From assembly GCA_038087875.1 (NCBI GenBank), contig CM075979.1:38316001-38380000 (forward strand): DNA of 64,000 nt. Reading direction: 5' to 3'. The notes beneath the pieces were generated by a model. It did no database searches. It was given only the letters and a program-made list of their open reading frames with translations, and was not told the origin of the DNA. Every line of letters begins with the position of its first letter. The stretch's first letter is position 1. Positions 51,797 to 62,113 of the stretch are shown one piece after another. The position numbers were made by a program, and so were the translations under genes. The stretch is from Malacoraja senta. Its lineage: Eukaryota.

Positions 51797-54215
51797 CTTG
51801 CAGGAATAAGAACAGATTAACAAATGATTATCGATTGGACAGTGAAACCAACCCAGAGGGAGTGCAGCAAAAAATGTTTGGTGGCGGGGAGGAGGAAGTC
51901 GAGGAAGCACAAGGTGTTTGGAGGGGCCAGGGAGGGAGTGTAGGAATGGAAGTGGTCCACTGCAGGGAAAGAGGCACCATCTCTGAACCAAGTCCAACTT
52001 ACAAATTTCAGTCTGAAGAATGGTCTCGACCCAACACGTCACGCATTCCTTCTCTCCAGAGATGCTGTCTCACCCGCTGAGTTACTCCAGCATTTTGTGT
52101 CCAACTTCCAAAGACCCAAGTTCAACCACAGCATGGTCCCATGACTACACCTGGCTTTCTGGTTTGTTATTCAGTGAGTTTCCCCCCTTAAAAGCAGCCC
52201 AACTCCAGCCAATCCATTTACAAACTTCTAAGATTATCATCACCAGCCATACAAATCAGCATGGGGAAATAATACTTATTAGGGAGTGTGACAAGCAGAT
52301 GAAAGCTTGGCTAGTGTCATTCTTCACCTGGAAGTGTGCAGATGAGGCAAATTCAGTCACAAGGTGGGAGAAATGACAGCACAGGTAAACTTTTGCCAAG
52401 TTGGCAAAACCATGGACATTTGCAAGACAACTCCAGAAATCTCAAGACACTCGGTTCGAGAGAATTCCAGTACTGATTCCCATCTGACCTGTTAAATCCT
52501 GACATGAAGGAGTTTCCTTTACATAAAGTAATTTGTAACTTTAACCTGCAAACTAAACTCTCCGAGTTACTATATTTATTAAGGCAGCTGCTTCATAAAA
52601 AGCCACTGAGAATTGTAAGTCTGAAGAAGGGTCTCTACCCGAAACGTTGCCCATTTCCTTCGCTCCATTGATGCTGCCTCACCCGCTGAGTTTCTCCAGC
52701 ATTTGTCTACCACTGAGAATTGTAAGGTAATGATCTGCCTTTTGCAAATGATGCTCAACACCCTTAATCTTTCCAAATGATTTTGAAATCCCTTTAGATT
52801 GTATCCTTTGTCACCTCTGACTGCCACTGATCTGAAACTAGTTCATCATCCTTTCAGCAGAATATTAATGGAAAATTAGTTTCCATTGAGAACTTGTACA
52901 CAAATATATTTGAGTGATTGTGCTGTCCACTCGCATCCACTGGGGATTCCACTTTGGACATCGATCATGATCACACCGCCTTTCTTGGTGCTCTATGTTG
53001 ACTGAATCACTTAATCTAAGACTCACATCTGAACTCCAACCATGTTCTTTATACCCCAGTATTCACTTTCACTTCTTATCGTTCTGCCATTTGCAAGGAC
53101 ACCAGAGCTTTCCCTTGTAGATTGACCTTTTCCCCCACTCAATAGAGGGAGAAGAGATGTCATACCCTCCCCAGCACATCCAGGCTCTGGTGAAAGTGGC
53201 CATTTTCTCCGATCAACTATCCAGTCTCTGGGAGAAGGACACAACACAATCTCCTCCAACTCTGATGCCTCACACCACGGACTGGTTTCTGTGTGAAAGA
53301 GAAGGAAGTGGTTGATAAGGCCACATGGAGAACAGTCAATTGTAATGGCAGGTTAGAGGTAATGGCCACTAGCTTTGGAAAGAATATCAAGGGCAGTGTT
53401 ACGGTTTTCTTTCTCTCTGCGTGTTAGCAGAAGTGGACAACCCCAAAATACGTACTGTGAAAGGTGACGTTCAGGCAGGCGTCCTGGTCATTGCCACATG
53501 ACTGCTTAGTGCACAGAGAGTCTTCTTTAGATTCACACACATAACATTCCAGGGCAGATCCTAGTGACAAGAAAAAAGTCAAGGTAGTGTAAACACACAC
53601 AATAACCAGCAGGACCCAAAGAGGATCTATACTTGGGTGTATGCTCTCAAGGAGGCACTCTGTCTGGTTATACTGTCCCACCCAGAGGGTTCACACTTCA
53701 GAAGGTGCTTGCTGTCTGGATACAGAGACTCCTACAGGAAGTGCATGTTCTCTGGATATAATGCCCCTTCCCCAGAAGGTCTTGGACATTGTGCTATGGT
53801 GCGTGAAGGTTAGTTGCTGGATATAATGCCCTTCCCCCAGTGGTTTCACACAGTCTAGGTGTACAAGTCCCAGCCACACACACGGCACACTTCCTGTCTC
53901 TGTTACACTGCATTCCTGTTCACCACCCCCTGACCCGAGTACCCATGCTGTATATGTACAACTACCTGAGAGACTGTGGACTCCAAACTAAACTCCTAAA
54001 AGTGCATGCTCTTTGGATATACAGTGGGGATATGAGTGCACAGTCTAATCCAGAGTCTGTACTCTCTGGATACACACTCGCATCCAGTGCAGGTGCACAT
54101 TCTCCTGGTACACACGGTTACATACATGTTATAAACTGTCTCAGGCCAAATGCAACTCACCAAATGCTAAGCAGAGTGATATGAAGAGGAGGCACTTTAG
54201 TATGCTGTGTTCCAT
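51579..54215 (-). CDS. CD59: CD59-like glycoprotein (Ly6/uPAR three-finger, GPI-anchored), 125 aa, 3 coding exons
   Basis: Spliced product MEHSILKCLLFISLCLAFGSA-LECYVCESKEDSLCTKQSCGNDQDACLNVTFHNNHFFRRCWTKRKCNNKDVQAGFNIESGLTLSCCSLNLCNSKSGVEPGPVAHIYLLGLLSAFTSLHLCWSQS*. Signal peptide, 10-Cys LU domain, CD59-typical DxDACL, CW, CNxxDV and LTxxCCxxxLCN motifs, hydrophobic GPI tail. Confidence 0.85.
52620..52709 (+). mobile_element. 90-bp Penelope pLTR-derived insertion in a CD59 intron
   Basis: Perfect 17-bp TSD CCACTGAGAATTGTAAG at 52603-52619 and 52710-52726. Confidence 0.88.
53456..53560 (-). CDS. CD59: CD59 exon, N-terminal half of the LU domain
   Basis: cactag| acceptor, |gtacgt donor; 105 nt, phase 1-1. 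Confidence 0.9.
54161..54215 (-). CDS. CD59: CD59 signal-peptide exon (exon 54161..54233 including 18 nt of 5'UTR)
   Basis: ttgccag| acceptor, GCCATGG Kozak context, TTTG|gtgagt donor, phase 1. Confidence 0.85.
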
Positions 54216-55527
54216 GGCTCTTGTGTTGCGCACCTGGCAAGAACAGATGTCATCCATTAGATTGTGACAGTCCTCCTTGCCTGTGAAGTGTGTATACTCC
54301 TCACTAATGAATAATGCAGTACCACCACCTTCCCCAACCCACCCTCACTGCTGCAGTGGAAGACCTCGCTCCAGATCACAAAGACAGCTAATAATGCCAA
54401 TTCTTCCCTTACCTTCCAATTAGCCTGCAATTCCCCTGCCTTCAAGGGGCAGGAAGATCAGAGTCACATGGTGTGGGTGGCATGAACAATGCACAAGGTC
54501 ATGGGATTTGGGTTGTTGGTAGAGTGTAGCAAGAATAGGTTTAGTTCAAGGTGAGATCAACAAGGCCTTCACACAGTTCGGCCAGGACATGAAGAGGACA
54601 CGCTGGAGTCGTCTTTGAGTAGGAACTTCCAATCACTGCGAATTACACAATGTGACAGGAACTGCACGTACTGTGAGACAACTAAATTAACCCAAGGATG
54701 CAACTTGTGCTTTCTGCCAGAATTTTGTTTTGTGTAAAACAATAGACTACGTCAACAGACATGGGTTTGTTTGATTGATTAATTTACAGAGTGCAAATAA
54801 GCTGAGTTTCTCCCCATCAAACAACTGAAAATTGTTCAGACAAATTGGGCAGTTAGTAGTCATATAAAGAATAGCAGGATACAGCTTACATATTCAAAAA
54901 GATTATAGGCTTTAGTCCTTAATGCAACACATTCAATGTTTATAGAAGTCTGTAAATACAAAGTGGCATGATTGATTTCCAAAGTTTAGAAGTGGCAGCA
55001 TTAAAAGAACATTGGAACTGTATTACTTGGCATGCTATGACTGCATTAACCCCATCTGAAAGCATGCAGCTCAAGTTCACAATGAAGGGAATGAAGTCCC
55101 CATAAAGGTTGCATGGATAGGGGTGGGAAATAAAGCAGCAAAGGAGAGAGGGTGCTTTCCTCTGCTGCTGCCAGGCTGTCCTGCACACAGTGCAGCATAA
55201 ACCCAATCTGGTCGATTGTTTCGCTGTCATCTCTCAGTCCTGGATTATCTTTGGGCACTGCTGTGAACAATACCTGCTCCACAGGACCATTCCAGGAGGC
55301 AAGGCAAGTGACCACTTGGCATCGGGTAACATTTATCAAAGTAGGAAATCTGGGAAAATACTCCAGTGGATACACAAAAAGCTGGAGTAACTCAGCGGAC
55401 AGGCAGCATCTCTGGAGAGAAGGAATGGGTGATGTTTTGGGTAGATACCCTTCTTCAGATACTCCTGTGGACACTATTATAGCTCACACAAAGGGAGATG
55501 ATTGTTAGAGTTAAATCATCCCAGTCT

Positions 55528-55666
55528 TGGGGTGGGAGATTACTACCTTCACGTGGTCCGCCCTGTTTCGACGAATGCAATCAACCTGGTGTGCACAATC
55601 AAATAAGATCAAATAGAACAAGTTGTCCCACAACTTTAGGCTGTGCACACCATACACAAGAAGAAG
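55528..55666 (+). mobile_element. ~140-bp non-autonomous retroelement (ribozyme head, GAA-repeat tail)
   Basis: 10-bp TSD ATCCCAGTCT at 55518-55527 and 55667-55676; second copy at about 31730-31875. Confidence 0.85.
55529..55582 (+). ncRNA. Putative minimal HDV-like ribozyme at the 5' end of a short retroelement
   Basis: P1 GGGGTGG/CCGCCCT, P2 GATTACT/TGCAATC, P3 ACC/GGT, L3 TTCACGT, mini P4 with TTCG, J4/2 CGAA. Confidence 0.75.
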
Positions 55667-57422
55667 ATCCCAGTCTCAGGGCAGGAGCCCAGGCCCATCC
55701 ATCTTCAGCAGCTTCAGCAATGACCTTCCCTCCATTAGGTCAGAAGAGGGAAAGTTCACTGATTATTGCACAACAATCAATTCCACTCGCAGCTCCTCAG
55801 AAAATGATGCAGCCCTCCCTGCATGCAGCAATGCCTGGACAACATGGGATGAAACTGCACAAGAACGTAGGTACTATGATTAGTAAGTGTGCATACAAGA
55901 AAAATTGGTGTAGCAGACAGTAAAGGAGGTCCACAAAAATGCTGGAGAAACTCAGCAGGTGCAGCAGCATCTATGGAGCGAAAGAAATAGGTAACGTTTC
56001 GGGCCGAAACCCTTCTTCAAAGGAGGTCATCAGGTTATAATAGGATGAAGATTAACTGGGAAAACACGACATGGGAACAGCACATTGAATTTAACTTGGA
56101 CAAGTGGAGAGCGATGCATTTTGGATACTTAAAGCAGGGCAGAACCTACACCGTGAATTGCAGGGCCCTAGAGAGCACTATAGAACAGAGACCAATACAT
56201 AGTTCCCCAAAAGTGGAACATGTAGACAGACAGGCTGGTGAAAAAGTCATTTGACATACTTGTCTTCATTGGTCAGGGCACTTAGCACAAGATTTGGGAT
56301 CTCCTGTTGCAGCTGTACAAAACACACCTGGAGTACTATTCTAGTTGCCATATTATAGGAAGGGTGTAATTCAACTAGAGAGGGTGAAAAAAAGATTCAC
56401 AAGGGTGTTGCTCAAAATGGAGGGTTCAAGATAGAGACTGTGGATTCTCATCCTGGACTGTAGGATAGAGGCATGACTGTAAGAAGTATTTAAAATCTTG
56501 AGCAGCATGGACAACAGAGTCAGTCTTTTTCCCAGGGTAGGGGAGTCTAAAACTAGAGGGTGTGGATTTAGGGGAGAGGGGAAAGATTTAAAGGGGACCC
56601 AGGCAGCACAGTTTAAACACAGTGGTGCATATATGGGATAAACTGCCCAACTGCAGCTTTCTCGTTGGCACTTTGGTCAGCATGCCCAAATGGGCAAATG
56701 ACCCATTTCCATGACACTAAATGGCGAATATGTGTGCCATTAAATTGCAAGGCAATAAACACTTCCATCGAGACCGTTTAACCACCCATCCTCACCATCA
56801 GTTGGCATTATCACTGGCAAGTCATCCAGCACCAACAGCCAGAGGGAGGGAGAAGGTCACCATTGAACAAATTGGAGATATGCAGAAGTACTTCCCTGCC
56901 GACTACAAATTCAGAAGATTCAGAAGAATCTGGACCAGGCTCATACACACCATGTGTACAGGAGATGCTCTGAGGGTGAGCACCTTGAGGGGATTGTATC
57001 ATAACCTGACATCATTGCAGAAGCAGGACTCATGCATGCAACGGGAAGCTCCCCGTCAGTGCGCTTCAGATCACTCTCCTGGGGCAACCGTACAAATTCC
57101 CCGACAAAAACACTGCGCCCACTGTCCCTCCCACCAACAGCACTGACGCCGCCGTCTCCCTCCCACCAACAGCACTGTTCCCCTGTCCCGGGCTACTCCA
57201 ACACCTTGGGCAGCAGGCACAGGTGGACCTCCGCCCAGTGCCGGCGCCCCCACCTGTCCTCCCCGCCATCCCGCTACCTGCCTGCCTGCCCGCCCGCCCG
57301 CCCCGTGTCTCCTCATTGCCGGTGGATGCCCGGAACCCCCGTGTGGGGAGTGGACCGAGCCGCAAGCGCCGGGCTCTCCCTTCACTCCCTCAGCCACACA
57401 TCCCCGCCGCGCTCCCTCTCAC

Positions 57423-57500
57423 CGCTGCTGCTGCTGCCGCTCGTCCCTCAGTCAGTCCAGTACTGGCGGCGCCGACCCGAGCCCCAGGTGAAGCGCGGCT
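57423..57500 (-). other. Putative non-coding first exon of CD59
   Basis: GCG|gtgaga donor at 57422 inside a CpG island, directly downstream of the GC-box array; 5' end approximate. Confidence 0.55.
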
Positions 57501-57501
57501 T

Positions 57502-58125
57502 GGCCCCGCCCCCGGCACACGGCCCCGCCCCCGGCACACGACACCGCCCACAATTACATCATGCGGCCCCGCCCCCGGCACACGGCCCCGCCCATAAATA
57601 CATCACGCGGCCCCGCCCACAATTACATCACGTGACCCCGGCTCCCCAGTACAGGCCCGCCCCAGGATCACGACCCCCGCCCACAATTACATCGCGCGGC
57701 CCCGCCCCCTGCACAGGCCCCGGCACACGGCCCCGCCCACATATATATCGTGCGGCCCCGCCCCGGCACACGGCCCCGCCCCATGCACAGGCCCCGCCCA
57801 CAATTACATCTTGCGGCCCGGCACACGGCCCCGCCCACAATTACATCATGCGGCCCGCCCCCGGCCCGCGTCTTTAGCCCCGACACGCGTCACATGGCCC
57901 GTCGCGTCATACAGCCCCGCCCACAATTACATCATGCGGCCCCGCCCCCTGCACAGGCCCCGCCCACAATTACATCTTGCAGCCCGGCACACGGCCCCGC
58001 CCACAATTACATCATGCGGCCCCGCCCCCGGCCCGCGTCTTTGGCCCCGACCCCGGCACGCGTCACATGGCCCGTCGCGTCACACGGCCCCGCCCACAAT
58101 TACATCACACGGCCCCGCCCCCTGT
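57502..58125. repeat. Compound GC-rich minisatellite (modules GGCCCCGCCC / ACAATTACATC / CGGCACAC)
   Basis: 9 copies of ACAATTACATC interleaved with GC boxes. Confidence 0.9.
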
Positions 58126-58575
58126 GCGTGGCCCCGCGCTCGCCCACAGCGGCCCGGCCCCAGCAGTGACCAAAGATACTGGAGGCAGTGACCCCACCCA
58201 TAATCGCGTCATACATTAACCGGCCCCGTCCACTCGCGCATCACGTGACCACACCCACTGCGGCCCCAGCCCCACGAGGCGCCGCCCCTCCCCCCGGTCA
58301 GAACGCCACCTTCCGGTTACCGCGACATCAACACGGACACACACAACAGCGCCCCCTCGCGCTCTCCACCCGCACCACAGCCCACCACGCTCCCTCCGAG
58401 TCCGCCCGGCGCGGCCTGGCTGTTGCTGGTGCTGCCGGTTTACTAGAGACCCCCCGGCTCCAGTAACTGACCCTGACCACTTACCCGGCGGCCCTGCTGG
58501 GAGCAGGAAGAGCCCAGACCTCACTCTGACCCAACATTGGACCCCAGACTAGGACCCCACTGCAGTAATAATGAT

Positions 58576-58712
58576 ATTATTGAAGAAGGGTTTCGGCCCG
58601 AAACGTTGCCTATTTCCTTCGCTCCATAGATGCTGCTGCACCCGCTGAGTTTCTCCAGCATTTTTGTGTACCTTCGATTTTCCAGCATCTGCAGTTCCTT
58701 CTTTAACACAAC
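58576..58712 (+). mobile_element. Penelope pLTR-derived insertion in the 44-bp minisatellite
   Basis: 14-bp TSD GCAGTAATAATGAT at 58562-58575 and 58713-58726. Confidence 0.85.
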
Positions 58713-58794
58713 GCAGTAATAATGATGGTTAGTACAGTATTCACACGCTCCCCACTGCAGTAATAATGTTAGTTAAACATAGGAAATAGGTGCA

Positions 58795-59680
58795 TAAGTG
58801 CAAGTGAAATGAATTTGCCTGCAGCGGTACAATAAGAAAGAACACACAATACACAATAAAAAAAAAGAAACACAAACATCCACCATAGCATTCATCACTG
58901 TGGTGGAAGGCACAACATTTGGCCAGTCCTCCATTTTTCCCCGTGGTCGGGACCGTAACCCTCCGCAGTCGCCGCTGCGGCCGTCCAGATGTACAGACAG
59001 GGTAATTTCAGGTAAGTCCTGATAAGGTAAGTCCTGAATCAGTGCCTCCCCACCAGAGACAGCGGCTTCAAGATGGTGTAGGCCGCAGGCCGGCGGTCGA
59101 AGATTTAAAGTCCCCGCCGCGCCGCAGCCAGAAGCACTGCAGACTACAGGGCCGGCGTCGGAGCTCCTCTCCAGGGATCCCCGGCGAGGGACCCCGCTCC
59201 GGATGGTAAGTCCCCGCCGCGCCCATGGTAAAAGTAGGCCGCGGACCGGCGGTCGGAGCTCTTCTCCCGGGTCCCCAACGAGGGAACCCAGGCTGCGGAC
59301 GCCGCGCCAGCTGGAGCTCCGCAGACCGTGGCTTCAGGCTGCCGCAGGCCAGCGAACGGAGCGCTCCCCTCCAGCAACTCCTGGCGAGGGCTCGCCCGCT
59401 CAGCGACAAGAGTACGTGCTGCGCCCACAGCTGAAGCCCCGTGCGCGTCTCCGGGAAAGGCCGCACCGATCCTTGATGTTAGGCCACGGGGAGGCGACAT
59501 GGAAAAAGTCGCCTATCCGTGGAGGAGGCAACCGAAACGGTTTCCCCCTTACCCCCCCCCCCCACACACAAGACACACCGAGAAACATTAAAAACATACA
59601 TTGGGACATACTAAAAAAACAAAAAAAGTAGAAAAAACAAACACGCTGCTGGCATGGTTGCCGGCTTGCAGCGCCCCCAC
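58795..59680 (-). mobile_element. Related GC-rich non-coding retroelement nested in a CR1 tail
   Basis: Same architecture and the shared aaacatcca.ca.ag...cactgtg.tggaaggca hairpin block. Confidence 0.65.
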
Positions 59681-59698
59681 CGACCAATGCAGTACCCT

Positions 59699-60612
59699 GA
59701 CAAATCAATACCACGTTCCTGCTTTCTCCCCATATCCCTTATTTCCATCAGAGCTAAATCTAACTCTTGAAACCATCCAGTGAATTGGCCTCCACTGCCT
59801 TCTGTGGCAGAGAATTCCACAGATTCACAACTCTCTGGCTCAAAAAGTTTTTCCTCATCTCAGTCCTAAATGGCCTACCCCTTATTCTTAAACTGATCCC
59901 CGGTTCTGGACTCCCCAAATTGGGAACATTTTTCCTGCATCTAGCCTGTCCAATCCCTTAAGAATTTTCTATGTTTCTATAAGATCACCTCTCATCCTTC
60001 TAAATTCCAGTGAATATATGCCCAGTCATCCAATTATTTCATCATATGTCAGTCCCGCTATCCTGGGAATTAACCTGGTGAACCTATGCTGCACTCCCTC
60101 AATAGCAATAATGTCCTTCCTGAAATTAGGAGAACAAAACTGTACACAATACTCCAGGTCTGGTCTCACCAGGGCCCTGTACAACTGCAGTAGGACCTCC
60201 TTGCTCCTAAACTCAAATCCTCTCCAATGAGGGCCAACATGCCATTAGCTTTCTTCACTGCCTGCTGTACCTGCATGCTTACTTTCAGTGACTGATGTAC
60301 AAGGACACCGAGGTCTCATTGCACGTCCACTTTTCCTAATCTGACCCATTCAGATAATAATCTGCCTTCCTGTTCTTGCCACCAAAGTTGATAACCTCAC
60401 ATTTACCCACATTATACTGTATCTGCCCACTCACCCACCCTATCCAAGTCACCCTGCAACCTCATAGCATCCTCCACGCAACTCACACTGCCACCCAGCT
60501 TTATGTCATCTCAAACTTGGACGTTACTTTTAATTCCTTTGTATAAATCATTAATATATATTGTAAATAACGGGTCCTAGCACTGAGCCTTGCGGCACCC
60601 CACTAGTCACTG
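59699..60612 (-). mobile_element. CR1-type LINE 3' fragment (tail continues at 58775-58794)
   Basis: Typical CR1 RT C-terminal and 3'UTR sequence (gtggaattctctgccacagaaggcagtggaggcc). Confidence 0.85.
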
Positions 60613-60644
60613 TAGTACTACACTACCGTACTACAGCAGGTTAC

Positions 60645-61148
60645 TACACACACTCCCCATTGCAATAATAATGTTGGTTAGTACAGTATTCACACACTCC
60701 CTACTGCAGTAATAATGACAGTTACTACAATATTCACACACTCTCCACTGCAGTAATAATATTGGTTACCACAGTATTCACACATTCCCCCTTGCAGTAA
60801 TAATGTTGGTTACTACAGTTTTCACACACTCCCCACTGCAGTAATAATGTTGGTTACTATAGTATGCACACACGCCCTACTGCAGTAATGATGTTGGTTA
60901 CTACAGTTTTCACATACTGCCTACTGCAGTAATAATATTAGTTGCTACAGTATTTACATTCCCACTGCAGTAATATTGGTTACAACAGTATTCACAATTT
61001 CCCCACTGCAGTAACAATGACAGTCACTGTAGTATTCACACACACTACCGCAATGATAATATTGGTTACTACAGAATTCACATACTCCCTACTGCAGTAA
61101 TAATGTTGGTACTACAGTATTCGCACACTTCCCACTGCAGTAATAATG
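60645..61148. repeat. 44-bp minisatellite, about 12 units
   Basis: Unit CACACACTCCCCACTGCAGTAATAATGTTGGTTACTACAGTATT; TGCA recurs at 60661, 60705, 60749, 60793, 60837, 60881, 60925; further units at 58555-58775. Confidence 0.92.
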
Positions 61149-62113
61149 GCTCAGTTATGAATCCTCTCCCTTTTCGGAGATGGTGTAGCAGTTTCTTCTT
61201 CTGACAAAATGTCACGTCTTTTTAAATCCATAATAATACCTATATTTACAGTGGGCACTTTATGGAGGAGTTCCAACTAAAGTGTCAGAAGAAGTATCGC
61301 AGGAGGGGTGGGTGAAGAATGGTTGGAAACTAGGAAACAAATACTATTGGTGGAGGTAGAAACAAGGATCTGCAGTTGCTGGCTTACGAAAGAAAGACAC
61401 AATGTGCTGGAGTAACTCAGCGGGTCAGGCAGCATCTCTGGAGAACATGGATAGGTGATGTTCACCCAAGATTCTGCCTGACTGGCTGAGTTACTGCAGC
61501 GTTTTGTGTCTGTTCTTCCACCCATGGAAGAGGGGTTGGTCAAGGAGAGTGAGTTTGGAGAGCAGATGTGTAAATGTAGTGTGGTGTGAATTTGATCAGT
61601 GAGCTGTAGGCACAAGATGGCAAGGTTTTGGCAGCTAGTATCACTGTCAGTAGGCTTGACCTTGACCTTGGATGCCGTCAGTGTGGAGTTTCCACATTCT
61701 CCTTACATATGACTGCGCGGGTTTCCCTCAGGTGCTCCGGTTAACTCCCACATCCTAAGACGCGCTTGCAGGTTAATTGTCCCTTGCTCTTGATAAAACA
61801 TATTCGTTGTTCAGCCCTTGATCTTGGGGCATGAGAAATAATTTGCAAAAACAGGGGATGTTGGTGTCAGTAGGGAAAGTTCATAAGCTATAGGAGCAGA
61901 ATTAGGCCATTTGACCCATCAAGTCTACTCTGCCATTCAATCATGGCTGATCTATCTTTCCCTCTCAACCCCATTTTCCTGCCATCTCCTCTTAAGCCCT
62001 GACACCCTTACTAATCAAGAATCTGTCAATCTCTGCCTTTAAAAATATCCAATGACTTGGCCTCCACAGCCGATTGTGCTATGTCCGGCTACGCAGTCAT
62101 GAGTATAGAGTGA

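Larger units (their letters stand above)
57200..58520. promoter_or_regulatory. CpG island / CD59 promoter
   Basis: Very GC- and CpG-rich. About 19 CCCCGCCC GC boxes, an ETS-like CTTCCGG near 58310 and CACGTG E-boxes; lies upstream of CD59 on the minus strand. Confidence 0.8.

Noticed and set aside
53561-53681. Hydrophobic N-terminal extension of ORF 53424..53681 as a signal peptide
   Set aside because: It is intronic T-rich sequence; a proper signal exon with Kozak ATG and consensus splice sites exists at 54161-54233.
57032-58524. Long Pro/Arg/Ala-rich ORFs on both strands
   Set aside because: By-products of a stop-poor GC-rich tandem repeat and CpG island; no domain motifs or splice structure.
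60645-61148. CRISPR-like array of palindromic repeats
   Set aside because: Units are head-to-tail with no unique spacers, there are no cas genes, and the context is a vertebrate genome; it is a minisatellite.
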